A stretch of DNA of 19,089 nt from an uncultured Candidatus Poseidoniales archaeon (GTDB lineage Archaea; Thermoplasmatota; Poseidoniia; Poseidoniales; CAYMED01), in assembly GCA_964389655.1 (NCBI GenBank), contig CAYMED010000028.1, forward strand, positions 1-19,089. The letters are read 5' to 3'. Positions 7,525 to 16,386 of this stretch are shown here, in pieces (the stretch's first letter is position 1; every line of letters begins with the position of its first letter). A program made the position numbers and the translations under genes. The notes under the pieces were generated by a model. That model was not told the origin of the DNA, ran no database searches, and saw only the letters and a list, made by a program, of their open reading frames with translations.

Positions 7525-7988
7525 TGTCCCCCCACATCCTTTCGAATATGCAACAACACAGAGAGCATGAAGATGCTTACGACCCAAAAAACCCCAACCC
7601 AAGGAATCGATAAATCATTTGTGTCCTCAACAGGGCTATTTACCAATTTGAGCACTGCTGATGAGTTTGCAGTCCCTGCCGCTATGCCTTGCGTTTCAGT
7701 GATCCAAACAAGGTCTGTCAAATTGTCGGCCGAAGACTCTCTCAACTGCACTGAAGCATTTGAACTAGGAATGCATGGTCCGAGAGATGCTTGAAATTGG
7801 ACAGGTGCATTTGCGAGAGCACCATCAAAACGAACATCAATGATAGATTCATTTGGTATTTTTGAGAGCCATTCCACCCCCGAATTCGACCCAGCAGGCT
7901 GCACTGGAAGGGTCGCTGGGAAGAAAAGGAAGGCTAAGATACCGGAAGGGGCACGCAAGACCATGTCTGAACGATGTCCCATCGCCAT
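7521..7988 (-). CDS. Small secreted protein with an N-terminal signal peptide and a C-terminal membrane anchor (hypothetical)
   Basis: There is a signal-like N-terminus (MVLRAPSGILAFLFFPATLPVQPAG), four N-x-S/T sequons, and a C-terminal helix WVGVFWVVSIFMLSVLLHIRKD. In-frame ATGs occur at 7988, 7982 and 7964. ATG 7964 sits 25-31 nt from a TATA-like box and may be the true, leaderless start. Confidence 0.6.
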   Translation of the reverse strand: MAMGHRSDMVLRAPSGILAFLFFPATLPVQPAGSNSGVEWLSKIPNESIIDVRFDGALANAPVQFQASLGPCIPSSNASVQLRESSADNLTDLVWITETQGIAAGTANSSAVLKLVNSPVEDTNDLSIPWVGVFWVVSIFMLSVLLHIRKDVGGQ

Positions 7989-7997
7989 TAATAGTCA
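7987..7997. promoter_or_regulatory. TATA-like element (CATTAATAGTC) in the divergent intergenic region
   Basis: This is the only A/T-rich box between the divergent genes. It lies about 25-31 nt from minus-strand ATG 7964 and about 50 nt upstream of plus-strand ATG 8042, which carries its own SD-like motif. Confidence 0.25.
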
Positions 7998-8029
7998 TCA
8001 TCACAGTCAGGAGCCGGGAGCCTTTAGGC

Positions 8030-8038
8030 AAGGTGGAT
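8030..8038 (+). promoter_or_regulatory. Shine-Dalgarno-like motif (AAGGTGGAT) for the large peptidase gene
   Basis: It resembles the GGAGGTGATC complement of the archaeal/bacterial 16S 3' end and lies 3-5 nt upstream of ATG 8042. Confidence 0.4.
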
Positions 8039-8041
8039 TAG

Positions 8042-11000
8042 ATGACCCGCGAACGCACCAAACGATCGCTAACAGTCCTTGCTTTGTTCGCACTTCTTCT
8101 TGCAGGGATACCAACCAGTCTGGCAGATCAAAATGAGAGAAATGCATCAGCACCTGATGACAACCCACACGATAGTGAATCAGAAATCGCGCATGGACTA
8201 AATGGGTTCAGAATCGAAGAAATAGGCCGCCCCTACCCCATCCCCGAATCACTCTTAGCAGATGGAGAAAAGGTCTACTCCCTTTCAAATTGGATTAACC
8301 AAGATCTCGATAAATCAGAATTATTTACAGAAGCACCATCCGCGACAACGTCTGGCCGTGCTTGCACACCCTACCAAGTCGGGGATATAACCTCTGTTCG
8401 ACTAGGAGGCGTTCCCGCCCCCGATGGTACACAGACATTAACAGCAGAAGTCAAAGCAGTAACTGCAAATGCCGCATTCATCGTCGAAACAAATACAGTT
8501 ATCTCAACCGCAGACCTAAATGCGTTCACAAGTGCTTGGTCAAACAACATTTACCCCACAATCTCCAGTATCTTCGCGCCGCTAGCGGGCATCACGGACA
8601 GTGACGATAACTGCCAAATTGAGATCTTTTTCTACCCCATGGATGGCGGCGGCGGAACAGGGGGGTACCAATGGGATTGCAATTTCAACCCCGCAACATG
8701 TGGCTTCGACGCAAGTGAAGCGAGAGAGGCAATTTTTGTCGACTCGGATGATGCTGGTCTAGCATGGGCACGGTTCGTGATTTGCCATGAACTTCAGCAC
8801 CTACTTCATGCCATGTCCGACCAAGGTGAAGCAATATGGCTGAATGAAGGATTTGCTGACCTTGCAGGATATCTAACCTACAATGATGATAATGCATTCA
8901 TTGGGCACTTCAATTCGTGGTCAGGACAAGCGAACCACAGCATCCGCATGTGGAATGCTCGCCAAAGCGATTATGGCGCAGGTGCGGCATTTGCCATGTA
9001 CCTATATGGCATCTACGGGAGCGACGGGATACGTTCGATTTTTCAAAATACTGCGAATTCCGTCACATCAATCGAACAACTGGCAGCAAATCAAGCCTCC
9101 AACTTGATCGGATATGAAATTAATGACATCATTGCCAATTTCACTGCAGCGATGGTCATTGATTCTGCCGATTATGATTTTCCTAATGCTGCTTTAGGAT
9201 CGACATGCGCGGGCACAACATATTGCAAATTGCAACTCACAGATCAAACTGCATCTTGGGCCAGCGAATATGTCTCATCAAACACGCAGATTGAGGGGTG
9301 GGGCGTAAAAGCATACAAATTCATCCCGCCTGTTTCTGCTACAGGGTCGACCCTTTCAATGCAATTTGAGGCCGGCCAAGATATGTTCGAAGCCCGATTG
9401 GTAGCCCACAATACGAATACTGGCAATTGGGACATGACACCCATTGCATTTACGAACAAGATTGGACCGACTTCACTCAATGAATTTGGCACCACTTATG
9501 ATCAGGCATATGCAATTGCTTGGTGGGCTTCTGCGGGCCCCAATCAGCCCAACGATGACAAAAGATGCACTGATGCCCAAGGAGACACACAGTACCCACT
9601 ATCTATTTGCCCATATGGCTTGACAGACCTACGCATACGAGCATCCCTAATCAGTGACCCAGCGACTGTCATGTTCAACGCCAATGCGACGCACGATGCC
9701 GACATGGATCAAGAAGCGGACACATATGTTGGACAAATACTAGCCCAAACTGCGGCTTACTATGAAAAGAAAATTCTGCGAGTGGAAGCGCTTGATTCAA
9801 ATGACAACGTCGTAGATCAATTCCAAGAGCAAATTGAGATTCGCTCATCAAATCCCGTCTTCCAAGCAGTCTATTTTACTCCAAAGGTCAATGGGACCTA
9901 TACAATCCGAGCACGTTTGTATGACCTCACTGGAGCCTTAACAAATGAAGGCCTATCGAGTACCGAATTGCTTCGGAATATGCGGCCTGAAGCAATCGGG
10001 TCCTCCTCACTTACAGCAGGTACGGGCAGTTTTGTCAACACATGGGCTTCAATTTCATTCACTGCTGAAGCAGGGCACGATTACTGGGGTCTCCGTACAG
10101 ATGAAAGTACATTTACTCATGATGACGCTCCAGCGAATTATGAGTGGGATTTCGGCGATGGGAACACATCCCAACTGCGTAACCCAACATACAGCTGGAT
10201 CACTCCGAGTATCTCGCCCTACAACGTGACTTTGCGAGTACAGGACACTGGAGGCGCATGGTCAGTCCCATTACCTGTTTTGGGAACTCCATTTGACATC
10301 ACGGCACAGACATCATATTGGCCTGTAATCCCCATTGATGAAATTGATCCAATACTTGTTATTTCAACTGCTGGACTCACAATAGACACTCAATTGGAAG
10401 TTCTAACACAGCAAAAAATTATTTTCAACGCTGAACAAACTATTGACAATGTCCCCATAGATAACATCAACTTTCATTGGTCGTGGGGAGATGGAAACGA
10501 TACAAGTTCCGATACATCTGCATGCGCTCGCCCCAACTGCGTCATTGCAGTCCATTCATGGTCTGAAGGCACAGCCGATGGACAAAGCCATACGTTGCAA
10601 GTTTCTGCTGATGATGGAAAAAACATAGGCATGAAAAACATCACAATCCGAGTTTTGAACCGGCCCCCTTTGGCAGAGAAAGCAACAGACTACACCATCA
10701 GCACGCTCTCGCAACTCAAGATGCCAGATTTATTCAGTGATGTGGATGGCCAAATTGTCTCCACCACATGGAACTTTGATGATGCACAGGGATGCAGTTC
10801 CTATGCCAATATTCAAGGCGATGGATTGGGCGTAGGATTAGAAGATGATTTCAGTTCAACAACAAAAACAACCACACCGGGTGAAGTATTCTGGGCCTCT
10901 TGGAAGTGCCCCGGCACCAAAGAAATTAGTGTAAATGCAATTGATGACGATGGAAATGTAACCATCATCGATTTCAGCGTATACGTCGAAAACCAAGCAC

Positions 11001-12397
11001 CTGTTTCAGTTATTGAACGATCAGAGATCCTACCTAATGAACTTGTTACAAAAAATGTAGAAGCCGGGGAAACAGTAACATTTGATGCATCGGCCTCCTT
11101 TGACCCAGACAGTGCAAAGGAGCCAACTTATGCTTGGCATTTTTCAGATACAAATGAGACGATTTTACGGACCGTTGCAAGTCACACATTCCTCACACCT
11201 GGTCGCTGGACAATAACACTCAGCGCCTCGGACGATGCAGGAGGAGTAACGAATAAATCGATCATTCTTCTGATTGAAAATCCTCTCCCAATTGCGATGA
11301 TGCAGGTTCGAGAAGTGTGGGTCGGAGGAGCATTAGCTAACCGTTCATCTCCCCTAATTGATGCATCATCAATCCAATTGCGTCAGACGTTCACAGAATC
11401 GGGCGAAATCATCATTGGACCTGGTGTATTATTGCGATTCATGTCCGATGGCACTAGAGATTCTGACTTGGCCTTTGCAGGCATGACAGTGCCCTTAAAT
11501 CAAAGTGATCCGCTGTGGAATGGAATTACGCAATATCGCTGGGACTTCGGCGATTCGTCGCCCCCATCTGAAGAATCAAGTGTTTGGCATGCATTTGATC
11601 AACCAGGAACATACACAGTCACACTCACAGTTCGAGATGGATTTGGGACAGGAGATACAGCTACTGTCGAGAAAACGATCATCGTTGACAGTGCTCCAAG
11701 AATCATCAAGCCGTTGTTGGATCAAAGTGCGATAGTGGTCTCTACTGAAATAGAGATCGAATCCGCTACAGCGGCCGATTATGAGGACGATTTAGGTATA
11801 ATTGGCTGGCGTGACCTTGATATTGAGATTAATTCTGATGGCATAGGTGAATCGGATGATGACATGCAAGAGTCACTTACGGGTGAATTACAATATTTTT
11901 GGGACTTTGATGACCGAATTGATGCCGATAAGGATGGGAATTACACAAATGATGCCGATGGAACTGGCTCCACAGTAACTGCATCTTGGACGCGTACAGG
12001 ATATGCGACGATCACAATACGTATTTGTGACCTCATGGGCCAATGTATAAGCGATAATGCCCGCATACAAGTTCTCAGCAAGGCTGATGCAGAGGGAAAT
12101 GCCAGTGAATTTGACCTTAAGTCACTTATACCAAAGGCAGGAAATGATGGGGGAATGATGCTTGGCTTATTGGCACTTGTCTTACTCTTAGGGTGGCTTG
12201 TCATGCGCCAACGTGATGAAATCGAAGTAGATGCATCTGCTTCAGAAGGTGATTATTCTGCCCCAACAACAGGACCCCAGGGTGGAGTTCTTGGCATGGA
12301 TCAGCATGTCCCCCCACAAGTCCCAAAGCAGTTGAACAAGGAACAACGGACTAACCAAGATTCCGGCTACATCAGCCCTGCCGGCCGGGGTCGATGA
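8042..12397 (+). CDS. Large cell-surface-anchored zinc metallopeptidase (clan MA gluzincin, M30/hyicolysin-like catalytic region) with six PKD-like domains, a C-terminal TM anchor and a 58-aa cytoplasmic tail
   Basis: Sec-type signal peptide MTRERTKRSLTVLALFALLLAGIPTSLA. The catalytic region reads FVICHELQHLLHAMSDQGEAIWLNEGFADLAGY (HExxH plus a downstream WLNEGFA glutamate). Repeated PKD signatures are YEWDFGDGNTS, FHWSWGDGNDT, TWNFDD, YAWHFSDTNE, YRWDFGDSSPP and YFWDFDD. The TM helix is GGMMLGLLALVLLLGWLVM followed by RQRDE. There are many N-x-S/T sequons. Confidence 0.85.
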   Translation: MTRERTKRSLTVLALFALLLAGIPTSLADQNERNASAPDDNPHDSESEIAHGLNGFRIEEIGRPYPIPESLLADGEKVYSLSNWINQDLDKSELFTEAPSATTSGRACTPYQVGDITSVRLGGVPAPDGTQTLTAEVKAVTANAAFIVETNTVISTADLNAFTSAWSNNIYPTISSIFAPLAGITDSDDNCQIEIFFYPMDGGGGTGGYQWDCNFNPATCGFDASEAREAIFVDSDDAGLAWARFVICHELQHLLHAMSDQGEAIWLNEGFADLAGYLTYNDDNAFIGHFNSWSGQANHSIRMWNARQSDYGAGAAFAMYLYGIYGSDGIRSIFQNTANSVTSIEQLAANQASNLIGYEINDIIANFTAAMVIDSADYDFPNAALGSTCAGTTYCKLQLTDQTASWASEYVSSNTQIEGWGVKAYKFIPPVSATGSTLSMQFEAGQDMFEARLVAHNTNTGNWDMTPIAFTNKIGPTSLNEFGTTYDQAYAIAWWASAGPNQPNDDKRCTDAQGDTQYPLSICPYGLTDLRIRASLISDPATVMFNANATHDADMDQEADTYVGQILAQTAAYYEKKILRVEALDSNDNVVDQFQEQIEIRSSNPVFQAVYFTPKVNGTYTIRARLYDLTGALTNEGLSSTELLRNMRPEAIGSSSLTAGTGSFVNTWASISFTAEAGHDYWGLRTDESTFTHDDAPANYEWDFGDGNTSQLRNPTYSWITPSISPYNVTLRVQDTGGAWSVPLPVLGTPFDITAQTSYWPVIPIDEIDPILVISTAGLTIDTQLEVLTQQKIIFNAEQTIDNVPIDNINFHWSWGDGNDTSSDTSACARPNCVIAVHSWSEGTADGQSHTLQVSADDGKNIGMKNITIRVLNRPPLAEKATDYTISTLSQLKMPDLFSDVDGQIVSTTWNFDDAQGCSSYANIQGDGLGVGLEDDFSSTTKTTTPGEVFWASWKCPGTKEISVNAIDDDGNVTIIDFSVYVENQAPVSVIERSEILPNELVTKNVEAGETVTFDASASFDPDSAKEPTYAWHFSDTNETILRTVASHTFLTPGRWTITLSASDDAGGVTNKSIILLIENPLPIAMMQVREVWVGGALANRSSPLIDASSIQLRQTFTESGEIIIGPGVLLRFMSDGTRDSDLAFAGMTVPLNQSDPLWNGITQYRWDFGDSSPPSEESSVWHAFDQPGTYTVTLTVRDGFGTGDTATVEKTIIVDSAPRIIKPLLDQSAIVVSTEIEIESATAADYEDDLGIIGWRDLDIEINSDGIGESDDDMQESLTGELQYFWDFDDRIDADKDGNYTNDADGTGSTVTASWTRTGYATITIRICDLMGQCISDNARIQVLSKADAEGNASEFDLKSLIPKAGNDGGMMLGLLALVLLLGWLVMRQRDEIEVDASASEGDYSAPTTGPQGGVLGMDQHVPPQVPKQLNKEQRTNQDSGYISPAGRGR
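8786..8857 (+). other. Zinc-binding/catalytic motif HELQH-x15-E (WLNEGFA) of the peptidase
   Basis: Codons 8786-8800 encode HELQH, and 8837-8857 encode WLNEGFA with the putative third ligand Glu at 8846-8848. This is the gluzincin arrangement, with slightly shorter spacing than M1 aminopeptidases. Confidence 0.75.
10055..12076 (+). repeat. Array of six divergent PKD-like Ig-fold domains (protein-level tandem repeat) inside the peptidase gene
   Basis: Approximate domain limits are 10055-10297, 10412-10660, 10691-10993, 11048-11281, 11423-11689 and 11825-12076. Each has a W-x-F-G/D-D core followed by a ...Y.V.L.V.D..G-type strand. Boundaries were estimated by eye. Confidence 0.7.
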
Positions 12398-13359
12398 AAG
12401 TGCTGGGAAAAAGGAAAAAATCATACATTTTGGTCACGCTTTTTCTCCTATCCTCAATTGCATTTGCCAATAAAACACCAACTGTAGAAGCAGCAAATGA
12501 TTCCTGCACATTGCCAGCCATACAAGACAATTCAACTGATGTACTCCATCTGCAAACTCTCTCAAATTCTGCATTAGATCCTGACGAACGAGGACGTGTT
12601 GACGGCGTCTCCGAGGAAGATGGCTCCATGGGGAGTGATGGCTTTGAACCCGAACAGGGGTCTACGACTGAACTCAAAAGCGTGGATAAAGGCATATATG
12701 TATCGGAAGTCGTTGAAAATGATACTGCTTGGGCAATAGAGCTCAATTTAACAACAGGGCGTCGCTATACATTCTGCGTTACTATACGAACTGCAGATAC
12801 AGGTACATCCCAACCAGCCGATGTATATTTGCTTGAAACGGGCCAATTCGAAACGTGGTATTCTTCAGAATACCTTTGGATGCGAAATGATGAAGGAACT
12901 GATTGGTTAAAGCAAATCCCACCGGAGATGCGCTCGATGATGACTTGGAAAACATTCAGAGATGTTCATGAGCATGAAAAAACAACTGACTTGACCTTCA
13001 GTGTTGCACTGGACAAATCAACACATCAAGGAACTAGTTCTAGCATGTTTGGGGATTCGAACCCTGAAGTCACTCCTTGGATCAGCAAAAACAAAAATAC
13101 GTTTACACTAGTGATTGATGCTTGGGATAACAACAGGGAGAATGATGCCCCCCCCCCTGGTGAAGCATTGCGGGTCGATCTGACAATTCTTGCAGAATCC
13201 CAAAGTACACCCCCGCCGATTACAGTAACCCTTGTGTGCGGAGGGCTGATGATTGGCCTCCTAGCACTCCCAATCATTGCACATTTCCGCTATCACCGAA
13301 CGGAAAAGCCTTCCACAAAAACAGGATTGATTCAAATGCTCACTCAAGAAGAAGAATGA
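12394..13359 (+). CDS. Secreted, C-terminally membrane-anchored protein of unknown function, translationally coupled to the peptidase
   Basis: ATG 12394 overlaps the peptidase stop as ATGA (12394-12397). It has a signal peptide MKVLGKRKKSYILVTLFLLSSIAFA, an acidic low-complexity linker and a beta-rich core (WAIELNLTTGRRYTFCVTIRT...ADVYLLETGQFETWY). The C-terminal helix is GGLMIGLLALPIIAHF followed by RYHRTEK. Confidence 0.7.
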   Translation: MKVLGKRKKSYILVTLFLLSSIAFANKTPTVEAANDSCTLPAIQDNSTDVLHLQTLSNSALDPDERGRVDGVSEEDGSMGSDGFEPEQGSTTELKSVDKGIYVSEVVENDTAWAIELNLTTGRRYTFCVTIRTADTGTSQPADVYLLETGQFETWYSSEYLWMRNDEGTDWLKQIPPEMRSMMTWKTFRDVHEHEKTTDLTFSVALDKSTHQGTSSSMFGDSNPEVTPWISKNKNTFTLVIDAWDNNRENDAPPPGEALRVDLTILAESQSTPPPITVTLVCGGLMIGLLALPIIAHFRYHRTEKPSTKTGLIQMLTQEEE

Positions 13360-13362
13360 TTT

Positions 13363-13381
13363 GGATATCTCAGAGATATTC
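13363..13381. terminator. Small A/T-rich hairpin between convergent genes
   Basis: GGATATCT-CAG-AGATATTC forms an 8-bp stem including one G-T pair. It spans the 10-nt gap between the stops at 13357-13359 (+) and 13370-13372 (-). There is no adjacent T-tract, so any function is doubtful. Confidence 0.2.
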
Positions 13382-14185
13382 CAATACTTCCCATGCAACT
13401 CGGACTTCTTTGACTCCAATTTGCCCTTTTGAGGACAAGGATGGATCTTCAGTCAATACAGTGAATACAATCGATTGGCCCAGGATCGGTGCATGAAGAC
13501 TTGTCCAATCACCAGTTCTTCCCCGACCCATGATCGAATAAGAAGGAGGCGAATCTGAATTCACCAATTCCCATGAACCTTCAACAAGCCTCAGCCCATG
13601 AATATCATGGCCACAAGAGTACACTAGACGAACAAGGTCGGCACCTTCCGAAAGAGACTGAACAAGTGAACTGATTTCATCACCCTCTGGTGGGTGTTCA
13701 TTAGAACGAATTGAACGAACAATTTGGGTTCCGGATTCAATAGCTGAAGACAGGATGCGCTGCGTGGAATCATCATCAAACCCATCATCGACCTCAATCC
13801 AACTGACTCCAGTTTCAATCGCCTGCATTAGAACTGATTCTCGGTCAGCCATAGTGCCAGGGTGACAGCCATCCTCAACCCCTACAGGAAGACAAGAAAA
13901 GATCACTGGGCGATCAATGCCCTCTTTGAGAAGATCTAAAGCATCGGTAACATTGACATCATCCAAGGTCTTCATTTCAGGCTCCGCTTCTGAAGGAGGT
14001 TCTGCTCCCTCATTGGATGATTCGCCCAAAGTTGAAGCATCATCCTCGGAGGGAACATGCCAAAGGCGGTCAAATCTCAGTTCAAGCAAGTCTGCTCCAA
14101 ATACTGACCCACGGCCAGCATCTCGAATCATCTCTTGGGGACTGGACCCCTTGAGGGAGACACAGACATCCGGAGTACTAACCAC
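13370..14185 (-). CDS. Type I 3-dehydroquinate dehydratase (AroD)-fold protein, divergent and probably lacking the catalytic residues
   Basis: By eye it is collinear with E. coli AroD: VCVSLKG...GADLLELRFDRL vs KIIVSLM...DFDILEWRVDHY; IETGVSWIEVDD vs IDSGLVDMIDLE; YSIMGRGRTG...ILGQSIVF vs ITMSMAKTG...VFGSAATF; SSKGQIG vs SAPGQIS. It uses a GTG start at 14185. See the finding for the missing Lys and His. Confidence 0.65.
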   Translation of the reverse strand: MVSTPDVCVSLKGSSPQEMIRDAGRGSVFGADLLELRFDRLWHVPSEDDASTLGESSNEGAEPPSEAEPEMKTLDDVNVTDALDLLKEGIDRPVIFSCLPVGVEDGCHPGTMADRESVLMQAIETGVSWIEVDDGFDDDSTQRILSSAIESGTQIVRSIRSNEHPPEGDEISSLVQSLSEGADLVRLVYSCGHDIHGLRLVEGSWELVNSDSPPSYSIMGRGRTGDWTSLHAPILGQSIVFTVLTEDPSLSSKGQIGVKEVRVAWEVLEYL

Positions 14186-14328
14186 GAATCGCCATAAACG
14201 AATTCCCCTTAACGATTCCTACAGCAAGAACGGTGAACAGCACTAGTTTCGACACGGACTGATTGAGCATTCAATGTGCCACAGATAGCAGCGTTTTTCC
14301 GAAGGCTAAATGTACCTCGCCTGCCTGA

Positions 14329-16381
<2,053 letters not shown>

Positions 16382-16386
16382 ATTGA

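Noticed and set aside
7525-7602. 26-codon extension of the membrane-protein ORF (MGWGFLGRKHLHALCVVAYSKGCGGT...)
   Set aside because: It would overlap the upstream gene by 82 nt. ATG 7524 forms a classic ATGA stop/start overlap and has a G-rich motif upstream.
13052-13064. GGGATTCGAACCC, which on the minus strand reads GGGTTCGAATCCC and looks like a tRNA T-arm/T-loop
   Set aside because: The flanks give only a 3-4 bp T-stem. There is no D-arm (GCTCAGTTGG-type), anticodon stem or acceptor pairing on the minus strand. The motif sits inside a well-supported CDS (FGDSNPEV). I treat it as coincidence.
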